A stretch of DNA of 64,000 bases from the NCBI RefSeq assembly GCF_020745735.1, contig NC_083405.1:60974345-61038344 (forward strand), read 5' to 3'. The notes below the pieces were generated by a model, which saw only the letters and a list, made by a program, of their open reading frames with translations, searched no databases and had not been told where the DNA came from. The stretch comes from Hemiscyllium ocellatum. Its lineage: Eukaryota. Both the position numbers and the translations under genes were made by a program. This document shows, piece after piece, positions 12,101 through 24,100 of this stretch (position 1 is the first letter of the stretch; each line of letters opens with the position of its first letter).

Positions 12101-15100
12101 AGGCCAAAACCAGTCCTCTTCGCACTGGAAAAGAAGCTCTGCCATAAAAAAATTTCTCTGACCTTTCTGGTATGGAAAGAGGAATCATCAGATTAGATGT
12201 CACTAACATGGGAAAATTAGGAATCTCTTGCAGACTCGGTGTGGCTCTGGAAAAGCACAGCAGGTCAGGCAGCATCCGAGAATTAGAAGAATTGATGTTT
12301 CGGGCATTAAGTCCTTCTTCAGGGATGTGTGGTGGGGGTGGGGCTGCACCAAAAGTAGCTGGAAGGCCGGTGGGGTGCAGGTAGTGTGATTGTGATTGGT
12401 CGGCAGGAAGAGTGGAGTGGATAGGTGGGAAGGAAGATAGACAGGTCAAGAGGGTGATGCTGAGTTAGAGGGTTGGATCTGGGATGAGGTGGGGGCAGGA
12501 GTGTAACTGCAGAAGTTGAGCTGTTTCATCCTACAAAGAGGCAGGCATAACTGGATCTATGCAGGTGCCCATGGCTATCCCTTTGGTCTGAAGGAAGTGG
12601 GAGAATTTGAAGAAGTTGTTGAAGGTGTGGACCAGTTCCACTAACAGTTGTTTGTTGGAGGGGTACTGGTTGGGTCAACAAGAGAGGAAGAAATGGGATG
12701 GGGGTGGGGAGCGCGGAGAGAGTTTGGAGGCAATGGTGTCGAGATAAGAGGCCAAGTTCGGTGGGGTAGGAACAAGTTGACCGGTGCAGTCAGGTTAGTG
12801 GATTTTGGGTAAGAGGTAGAACTGGGTGGTACGGGATTGTGGAACTGAGGTTGGAGGCTGTGGATTAGAGATCGCCTGAGGTGATGAGATTGTGAATGGT
12901 CTGGGAGATGATGGTTTGGTGAAGGAAGGTGAGGTCATGGTTGATGGGATGGTAGAGGAGGTGTCCATGAATTGGCTTCAGCAAGGTAGACGTCAGTGCA
13001 CCAAACTATCACTGCACCCCTCTTGTCTGCTGGTTTAATGGTGAGGTTGGGATTGGGGCAGAGGGAGTGGAAGGTTGCGCTTTTGAGAGCATGAGGAGTG
13101 GACATGTTGAGGCGATCAATGTCACAGTGGCAGTTGGAGATGAAGACACTGAGACCAGGGCAGGATGTCCAAAAGGATGAAGAATTCTTGAATCAGAAGA
13201 GGAGGTCCTCAGAGGGTGGTGGGAGTCGCAATTGAAAAAGTAAGCACTGAGCAGGGGGCAGTGGAAGAAAAGCTGGATGTTGCAACAGGTAGGGAATTTG
13301 TCGACCCTAGTGTGTGCTCCGACTTACTCATTCACTCACTCCCTCACAAGGGCTTATGCCCGACACGTTAGATCCTGCCTGACCTGCTGTGCTCTTCCAG
13401 TACTACACTTTTTTTCAATTTTGACTCTCCAGTATCTGCAGTCCTCACTTCCTCTCTAGGTCTCTTGCCGTCTGTTAAGGTAATTCATTGTCAAATGTAT
13501 GTTTGGAATATTGTAAGATAGGATACGAATTAATACTCCATGATGATCTTAACAGTAAGTTTCTTGAGTGTTCTCAAAATTAGATAGTCTGCTTCCAGGC
13601 CAACAGTCTGAAGCAAATGTGACTTAGTGACTGTATACACTGTATATTGCCTTTTCTGAGACTAGTCCGTCCAGCTAGTCTTCAACAATATTTGAGAATT
13701 TTATTTGCGGGAATTCTGACATTCATGGTCATCAATAGAATTAAGTTTTTTTTTCTTTAAAATATAGGTTCCATTCATACTTGTAGTAACCTTTGCCATG
13801 AAGGTGAATGTGGACCATGTGCTGGAATTTCCACTGTTAACTGTCGGTGTGGATTTAAAAAGCAGGTGAGGGAAAGGTCACGTCTATAATACAATATATT
13901 ATATCTACTTTATTCAATTTGCTTTCAATACTAATTCACTTCTCATTGGAATTAGACCATGGCAAGGACAGATTTAGGCAGACGGCAAGTGTTTATGCAG
14001 CAATTCTTTTGAATCGGGGAAAATAGGAGTAATTTTTCAGACCCCAGTTTCCTAGCAGGATCAGAGATCAGGTTTATTCGTCAATCAGTTTGACTTCCTA
14101 GTGGGACACCTGTCATTATCAGGCATGTGCATGCTGGTATGTTGAGTCAATTCCCAGCATGCAAGGGAACCCAGACTTCAGATTTTGCATTTAACTCAGC
14201 TGAACACCCACCCATCTACATATTTTGCCACAAAAAGTATCTAGCCTGTAATTAAAATAATTACCAGTCTCTGAAGACAATGAATAGATGAACTCTAAGC
14301 CATAAAAATTATTCTTACCACCACTAATAGTGTGCCACTTCACAATAGATTCACTATTTAATCTCTGTGGTTTGATGACGAATTAAGTTTTGCCATTTCT
14401 AAAGGACTGTCCCCAAAATCATTAATAGAAGTACATTCCTTAATTGAACTGTTTACTCACATCATCAGTGATTGATTGACCTGTGTGGAAGAATTTAATT
14501 CTGCATTAATTTCTGATTAAAAAAAACTTCAAGAAAAAAAAATGCAGTGAATTTCAGCTTGTGTAATAATTGTTATTTAATCCTGCATAGGATGTTCCTT
14601 GTGTCAACATCACAAAGGAAGGTAAGCATCGAGATGCTTCCACTTTTATTTTGGAAATTAAGGTAGCGATGTTTTCAGTTAAAATGTTGTTAGAAATTGA
14701 TTATTTGTTATGTTTAGTTTTTTTTTAAATAGGCAAAATGAGATTTCACTTACATTTTCACAGTTCTCCCCCATATCATCACCCAAGGTTTTGAATGAGA
14801 GATTCCAAAAATCTATTATGAAACTAACTGCTAAATAAAAAATTTGATAGATCCTTGTAGCGACCAGCTTGTTTTAGCCTATCCTGCCCTCATTTGTTGA
14901 GAAGCCTCCCTAAAGTATTCGTATGATGTTAGTTAACTGGCCGAGTTCTACTCGGCATACAGTAATTGTAACTAACCTTTGCTGGTCAATGTTGAAAAGT
15001 GAATACTAAACACACTTCCCTTGTCTGACACACTCTAGTGTGGCCATCTCTGTCCAGCAGTTGTAAGTTTAATGCGCACATGCGTTCTCACATGTACATG

Positions 15101-18100
15101 CCGCAATTACTACCCTCCTTCTGTAACCAGTAGCAACCCCATTGGTATCTAGATGCTGTTTTTTATAGATGCTGAATTCCATAATTTGATGATATTGGAG
15201 ATACTCATGGTTTAGTAGAAATTATCAATTTCTTATTGTATCAATGAAATTGTATTTCTGAAAGGAGATTGTACTGTTGTGAAAACCTTCATGAGTTGCT
15301 ATGTAACACCACCTCTGCTGTAATTTTCTTATGTAGCAGATCTGCTCTTTCTGTGTGACAAGCGTTGCAATAAAAAACGTTCTTGTGGCCGCCACAAATG
15401 TAACGAAATTTGTTGCGTGGTAAGTCGATTAAATACGTTTGAGACTTTTTTTAAACTGCGCACTTTATTGTGTTCTGACAAATCACTATTACAGAAGATC
15501 AGATAAGATACATAGGTATATCTCGTACTCTGTAATAAAGGCTGGTAGCTTATCCTTTAAATAAATTATCCATAGTCAATTTGTCTTGTATTAGCATGGT
15601 TGCATTGCTACCTACCATTGCACAGGTAATGGTTTCCAAAAACAAAGAAGCAAAGTGAAAGCAACCACATGCTCCAGAATGCAGTCAGAATATGGGACGA
15701 TGAAAGGATTTCAGAAGTAAGAGCTAGAAAACGATACATAGTCCTTCAAGTTGCTCTGCCACTCAGCAAAATCATGGTTGATCTTCTACCTCAATTTCAC
15801 TTTCCTGCATGATCGTATTCCCTTTGGCTAAAAGTCTATCTTTATCTTAAATATACTTGGTGAGAAGTTCCAACCCAAACAGCTGATAATGCATACTCAA
15901 AGAACCCCAAATCCTTTAGTGAAGAATTTTCTCCTCCTCTTAATTATAACTTCTCCTACCTCTTATTTTGAGTCTAACTGTTTTCCAGATCCCATATCCA
16001 GGGGAATTTTTTTCTCTACATCTATCCTTGAAAAATGTTATCTCTTTGAATTAGATCCACACTCATTCTTATAAACTTGAGAGGGTATGGACCCTCAATA
16101 TTCTTAGGACAAAACCCTCACCCCAGCAAACAGTCTAATGAACTTCTGTCACACTTCTGGAGTAAGAGTGTCCTCCCTGATGTAAGGAGGCCAGATTTGA
16201 ACACAGTACTTCACACGTGGCCACATTTAAATGTTGTAAGATGTGTAGCAATAACTAGTATATGATTCGTCATTGTCCACATAGACATGAACATGAATGG
16301 GGGTGGCACAGTGGCTCAGTGCTTAGTACTACTACTACTCAGTGCCAGGGACCCAGGTGTGATTTCAGGCTTGGTAAACTGTCTAAAGTCTGTGCACCCT
16401 CCCCATGTCTATGTGGGTTTCCTCCCACAGTCCAGAGATGTGCAGATTCGGTAGATTTTGCAATTTAGCATGGCCGTAGTGTTCAGGGATGTGCAGGCTT
16501 GGTGGATTAGACATGGGAAATGAAGGCTTACAGGGATTGGGTGTGTCTGGGTGGTATGCTCATCAGAGGCTGTATTGACTGGATAGTCGAATGGCCTGCT
16601 TCCAAACTGTTGGGATTCTATGCTTCTGCGAATACCAAAGTCAAAGGATATCAAAATCCTTCTAAGTATAAAAAATTCTCAATTCCTTTGTTGCAAGTTG
16701 ATATTTTTCCCACAAGTTTATAACTTCTTACTGTGTCACATTGTTCTCTATTTGCTGTTACATTCTTTTCTTCGACCTAATCATTTACAAGGGTTGGTTA
16801 AATAAAAATAATGGGGGTTCTTTATTTGAGGGTAAGTCTATGTACAAACTATATGCCCTGGAAGCTAAATAAAGTACATCTGACTTTTGCTGCTCTTTAT
16901 GGACTGCATATCATACAGCTAATATTGTCCTGAACTGAATGTATTGACAGTTCAGAATACACAATCTTAAAGATGTGTACTTTTTTTTGTAACTCACTTG
17001 TGGGTTGAGTGATGCTGGCTGAGCCAGCATTTATTCCCCATTTTCCAGTTGCTTTGAAGATGAAATTGAACTGCCTCTTGAATCACTGCAGTCCATTTGG
17101 TGCAGGTATTCCCCCAAAATGCCATTCGCGAGGAATTTCCAGGGTTTTGACTCAGCAACACTGAAAGAGCAATGGTATATTTTTAAGGTTGGCTTGCAAA
17201 TAGCTTGGAGGGAAGTTAACAGATGGTGGAGTTTCCATGTATCTGCTGCCCTTCTAGATGGCTTGTTTATATGTTTCAGAGAACCCAATTTTGATGTATG
17301 GTCAGAACGGAGTGAATTATCTTCCACTTCAGTATTGGATATTTTGTGGTCACCTACCTTTTTTTTTGCAGCATTTCTTAATGCTAGCTGCAGTTTTTGA
17401 CATCTAATCCAGAATCTTGCAACTGTTTTGGAGTTTTTGTCTTGATTGACCACTAAAGGCATTGCCAGTGCATTAGCTGGTCATATGTTACTGCTTAACA
17501 GTAATGATAGTGCTGTTAAGCTTTTTGATTTTTCTTTCCTGGCTTAACTTAAGCACTAGCCACAAATAATCAATTTAGTTGTGAAAACTGAATTCAGGAG
17601 TTCCAAAGTGAAAGCAAATAATGAAGAAAATACTTTTTACAGACTTCTGAAAGTGTTACTGCATAGATTCTTCTTTCCAGCCCAGTTTGTAGTTGTTAAT
17701 TTCATTAATGAATTCCCATGTAGTGAGACGACCTGCAGTCTGCTATTTAGTTTCTGTTCTTGATTTAACTTTGTGGTTAGACTTTGAACAATTAAGCTCT
17801 CACAGGTTTAACCAAACTTATGAGAATCTGATTCCTGTTGGCTTCAGCAAGGTGTGATCCAATATGGATGTAACTGTATGTGGAATTCCCCCTACAGAGA
17901 TGTAACTATACAAAAGGCAGGTTTCATACTTGCTCCACTTTAACACCAGCTCATTTCTTCTATTGCCAGTCATTCACAATGATTGAAACAATCTGGATTG
18001 TTTATTTCGAAGTAAGATTGTATAATGTTCACTGGTGGCGAAGTATAGTATGCTTGAGTTTTACCACTGTTGCTCAAAGTTACATGACATGTCAGTCTTA

Positions 18101-21100
18101 ATAAATCACATCCTGCCTCAAGATGGTGGTGTTTAATAGTTTAATGTGGTCTCTCCTTTAAAAGTATATGAGCATCATAACACCGCATCTGCTCTTATCA
18201 TTTCCATAAATTTAACCTGTCTGTCTCACTCCTGCATCTTAGTGTCCTCCCACCAACTCTTGTTGTCAGCAAATGTAGATGCATTAAATTTTTACAACTA
18301 GCTTGCTGTCCACTGATCTCATCTTAAATATTTGGTGTTTTTTAAAACCATCTTCATTACAATATGTAAAATTTTGTCACTATACAATGTTTAAGCTCTT
18401 AAGATATTAAGGTTGTCTTATTAGATCAAGCAGACTATCTTGCCTTTAAGGTGCAGGCTGGTAGTTGACATTGCGTTAATATGTGCACCTTTGCTCATTC
18501 TAGACCAATTTATCTCAATTTTCTCTGCTTCTCACCATTCTGTCTGTCTGTCACACTGCTGCTTCCTATATTCCATGCTCACTGTTTTATGGAATTCCAC
18601 AGTAGACTCAGTAACATTTCAGAGAGGCACTATTTCAGTTATTTTGAAATGTATGTAGTAAGTTTTTGTATGTATATGGAAAGTGAGGGTTTTATTTTGT
18701 TAAATAGATTTTTTGAATAGTTTTGAGACTACTGTCAAATGTCTTGTAACCTGTTGATTTCATTTTTAAGGATACTGAACATAAGTGTCTCCTTCTCTGT
18801 GGACGCAAGCTTAACTGTGGACAGCACAAGTGTGAGGAACCTTGCCACCGTGGAAACTGTCAGAATTGCTGGCAAAGTAGTAAGTCTGAAGTCAAAAAAA
18901 ATAGTAATCTGACTTAGTGTCTATATGCAAAACTGTATGAATTTTTATAACATCAGAGTCCCATTCATGGCCCAAGCATGTGATTACATAAATGCAAGTT
19001 TTCTACTAGATAGAATCATAAGCTTGAAGAATACACTCTTAAATCAGATGTTTAATAAAATCTATCCTTTACCATAGCAAACCAGTTAGTCAATACAGGA
19101 TTCCAAAGGATCTTTTAAATTTTGTGAACTGGTTGCTCAATAAGTTTTTTAATCTGCTGCATTGGATAAATTTCTTATTTTTGTTTGAGTCTAGGGGCAG
19201 TCCTTCATTGATTTCACAGTTGAAGAAAATGTCATTGGATTTGATAGCTATCTCTAATTTGCCTAAAACAGTAGGATCTTTAACAAAAAAAGAGCCATGT
19301 TTAAAATAAATTGTTCTCTGAAACTAGTCTTTTGACAAAAGATCTTTCAAAAAACTGTCAAAATTGTCCTTTGTCACCAAGAATGCTATTCCACACAAAC
19401 GTGGAAAATCAGTGTCCCCTATTCTGCACTACTCATCCCTCTGTCTTTTGTTAAAAGTCACTCCTGATGCTTAACCTAGAAGCTGCTTAGCAACTAGGGG
19501 AAATCCAGCTTTGTCAGTCACAAACAGCTCTTCATACCCATAGCAAAGAGTGAAGTGGATGGATAACACTTGATAAATGAGGCTTGTTGGTTAAAATTGA
19601 TTTGCTATGTCTGCCAAACTGAAAGTTCACTCTCACTGGACACCTGTTCAAGGTAAAATATGTCTGAAAATGTTCAGTCTGACTCCTCGACCTCCTTCCC
19701 ATTTTCTTATTCTACACTCAGTGTAACAGCTGTTTCTTCATCTGTTATTATCCACGTGTAGGTTACATGGCAGTGCAAACTCTTGGAAGCTAGATTATGC
19801 AATTAACCCAATATTTACTGTTTAGGTTTTGATGAATTAACATGTCATTGTGGCAAAACAGTGATCTATCCTCCAATACCATGTGGCACCAAACCTCCAG
19901 AGTGCAAAAACCCTTGCATCAGAGAGCATGAGTGTGATCATCCAGGTAAGAAAGAATGGCTTCACCATGCTCATTAAATTGAAATCCTTTTGTATTTTTT
20001 AGTGGAGCACAGGTGATACTGTGTTTAAAGAGATTTAAGTTTACGTAAATAGTTTGAATAGTTATGAATGGTGATAAGTAGTTAAGGGCTATCTTTGAAA
20101 CCCATAGGGATAACAAAGTTGACTATAACTTGTTTGACTTCGCTTAGGCAGTATCCAATGTGATCTAAAATAGCAGAATACGTTTCTGCACTGACTGGAC
20201 CAAACCTCATGGAGTCTCTAGCACCCATCTTTAACTAACACAAACGATTTTATAGAAGCTTGAGGAGGACTGCTTAAATTAAGTTTAAAGAGCGCAAGAG
20301 GAGAGTGACTTCAGAGAGACAAAAGCACCAGTGGAGAGTGGCCTCTCATAAAACTAACATGCATGTGAACAACTTTGGAGAGATTATGAATGAGAGGAGA
20401 ATAGTTTCAGTGAGATCAAAGCAGGTCCACGCTTAAGGGAGTAAGTGATCCTGGACCAAGGAAGGAGCCTGAGGAAGGGCTTATTCCTAAAACATTGACT
20501 CTCTGCTCCTTGGATGTCCCTGACCCGCTGTGCTTTTCCAGCACCTCACCTTTCGACAAGAAAGGAGCCATCAATCACAAAAGCGAGGGAAGGCAGAGAA
20601 AAGATTGGGATATTAGATCAGACCCACACCATCGAGGGAAGAGATAGAGAAGATTCATCTCTTAGTGAAGCACTTCTAGTTGCTTTCCCGTCCCTCACTG
20701 TTCTCTAAAATGGAGATCCTGCTGCAAAATGACCTAGGTTCTCCAACTCTCAGTTAATCCTCTTGATGCATAACTTTAATTCTACTCCTTTTTTTGAAAC
20801 TCCTTTATCTGTGGAGTCAAAAGACACTGCCTGCTGCCTTAAAATAGGAATTTGATCCTAGTAATGCCTCTGTCAAGCAGGACACAACAAGGCACATTGG
20901 AAAGCAAAAGATATCTAATTTCTGTGTTGTGGCATAAAAATGCAACCTTGATTTATTTCTAGCACTTTTACCGTTGGCCCCTGCCTGTGATATGCAAAAT
21001 AAATACTCATTGGAGTTTGAAAGAGAGAATGCAAAATCAGATGTAATGGTGTTACAGTTAAATAAAGATAATTATGAGGGCATGAGAGAGGAACTGACAA

Positions 21101-24100
21101 AAATAGACTGGAAGCAGAGGCTAGCGGGGAAGACAGTAGAGCAAAATTGGCATGAGTTTGTGGGTATAATTGAGGACACTGTACAGAGGATTATCCCCAA
21201 GAAAAGAAAGATTATCCGGGGAGGGATTAGACAACCATGGCTGACAAAGGAAGTCAGGAAATGTATTAAAGAAAAAGCGAGATCCTATAAAGTGGCCAAG
21301 AGCAGTGGGAAATCAGAAGATTGGGAAGGCTACAAAAACAAACAGAGGATAACAAAGAGAGTAATAAGAAAGGAGAGGATCAAATATGAAGGTAGGCTAG
21401 CCAGTAATATTAGAAATGATAGTAAAAGTTTCTTTCAGTACATAAGAAACAAACGACAGGCAAAAGTAGACATTGGGCCACTTCAAACTGATGCAGGAAG
21501 CCTAGTGATGGGAGATAAGGAAATAGCAGGAGAACTTAACAAGTACTTTGCGTCAGTTTTCACAGTGGAAGACATGAGTAAGATCCCAACAAAGGGAGTC
21601 AGGGGGCTGAGTTGAGTATGGTTGCCATTACAAAAAAGAAAATGCTAGAAAAGTTTAAAAAGTCTTAAAATTGATAAATCTCCTGGCCCCAATGGGATAC
21701 ACCCTAGAGTTCTGAGAGAGGTGGCTGAGGAAATAGTGGTGGCATTGGTTGAGATCTTTCAAGAGTCACTGGAGTCAGGGAAAGTCCTGGATGATTGGAA
21801 GATCGCTGTTGTAACCCCCTTGTTCAAGAAAGGATCAAGACAAAAGATGGAAAATTATAGGCCAATTAGCCTAACCTCGGTTGTTGGTAAAATTCTAGAA
21901 TCCATCATTAAGGATGAGGTTCCTAAATTCTTAGAGCAGAGTCTGATTAGAACAAGTCAACATGGATTTAGTAAGGGGAGGTCATGCCTGACAAACCTGT
22001 TGGAATTCTTTGAAGAGGTGACAAGTAGGTTAGACCAGGGAAACCCAGTGGATGTGGTCTATCTTGACTTTCAAAAGGCCTTTGATAAGGTGCCACACAG
22101 GAGGCTGCTGAGCAAGGTGAGGGCCCATGGTGTCCGAGGTGAGCTACTGGGATGGATTGAGGATTGGCTGTCTGACAGAAGGCAGAGAGTTGGGATAAAA
22201 GGTTCTTTTTCGGAATGGCAGCCGGTGACGAGCGGTGTCCCGCAGGGTTCAGTGTTGGGGCCACAGCTATTCGCATTATATATTAATGATCTGGATGAAG
22301 GGACTGGGGGCATTCTAGCGAAGTTTGCAGATGATACAAAGTTAGGTGGACAGGCAGGTAGTACTGAGGAAGTGGGGAGGCTACAGAAGGATCTAGACAG
22401 TTTGGGAGAGTGGTCCAGAAAATGGCGGCTGAAATTCAACGTGAGCAAATGCGAGGTCTTGCACTTTGGCAAAAAGAATAAAAGCATAGACTACTTTCTA
22501 AACGGTGAGAAAATTCGTAAAGCCAAAGTGCAAAGGGATCTAGGAGTGCTAGTCGAGGATTCTCTGAAGGTAAACATGCAGGTTGAGTCCGTGATTAAGA
22601 AAGCGAATGCAATGTTGTCACTTATCTCAAGAGGGTTGGAATATAAAAGCACTGTTGTGCTACTGAGACTTTGTAAAGCTCTGGTTAGGCCCCATTTGGA
22701 GTACTGTGTCCAGTTTTGGTCCCCACACCTCAGGAAGGACATACTGGCACTGGAACGTGTCCAGCAGAGATTCACACAGATGATCCTTGGAATGGTAGGT
22801 CTAACATATGAGGAACGACTGGGGATCCTGGGATTGTATTCATTGGATTTTAGAAGATTAAGGGGAGACTTAATAGAGACGTACAAGATAATACATGGAT
22901 TGGAAAGGGTGGATGCTAGGAAATTGTTTCCATTAGCCGAGGAGACTAGGACCCGTGGACACAGCCTTAGAATTAGAGGGGGTCAATTCAGAACAGATAT
23001 GCGGAGACGTTTCTTCAGCCAGAGAGTGGTGGGCCTGTGGAATTCATTGCCACAGGATGCAGTGGAGCCCGGGACGCTAAATGTCTTCAAGGCAGAGATT
23101 GATAGATTCTTGTTGTCTCGAAGAATTAAGGGCTACGGGGAGAATGCTGGTAAGTGGAGTTGAAATGCCCATCAGCCATGATTGAATGGCGGAGTGGACT
23201 CGATGGGCCGAATGGCCTTACTTCCACTCCTATGTCTTATGGTCTTAGAATATTTGATGAATCTAATTTTATTAAATATATTGAGGACCTTGTTCTCAGC
23301 TCAGAGGTGTCTGGTTTCGTACTACGGTCAGTTTATTGGATTAGAATTGTAATTAGACCATGCAGTCTTTTTGTGCACTTTTGAAGTGTATGGATATTTT
23401 AGACTGTTATTCATGTGCATTTTGTTATATTCCTACAGTATTCCACAATTGTCACAATGAGGAGAAATGCCCACCTTGTACTTATCTCACTCAAAAATGG
23501 TGCATGGGGAAGCATGAAGTAAGTACGAGGACGCGGGGGGGTATAAACCAGAATTACTCCCTATCAAACCCATACATTTAAAACAAAACTGCAGAACACT
23601 GGTTCTTCTCAGGCTTTGTTTAGTAAATCCAGCACTGACAGCTGATCACAAACTCTTTTTTTGAAAATCTCAACTTCGGTCTTTTTAATACAAATACAAA
23701 GAATAGTTGAAATCCAGCAGATTGAGAAATTTATGAACTTGCATCCTTTGTACATTTTTTATAGTGAAATTGAAAAGCCACTATTAATGCTTACAAATAG
23801 CATATGTTTTTAATAAAACGTCGAAGCAGCAGAATGCCATTTACCCATGGAGTTTGCTCTACTATACAGTGGGATAATGGCTGATCTGGTCATCCTCAAC
23901 TCTGCAGACTCTTCACCTTTTTAAAAGATGCAGGAACTCTGATAGCAGTAACCTGCCTAATAGACAATTAACCTGTCACATTTCCTGGAAATGATGGGCA
24001 CAGGGTTGCAACCAACATTTTGGCTGGTTGATCGTATCACAGCTATGGTGGTTAAATTTAGCCCACAGTTTCTTGGCCTGATCTCACACAAGACAATTCC

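Noticed and set aside
11826-12449. 207-aa - strand ORF and similar long track ORFs (38326-38940, 47144-47779, 5894-6292)
   Set aside because: They span repeat boundaries or are antisense to LINE/SINE sequence, with no coherent protein motifs or splice support.
21721-23163. Host gene, retron or other bacterial-type RT system
   Set aside because: Motifs, 3' tail and many decayed paralogues identify an ordinary CR1 LINE in eukaryotic intronic DNA.
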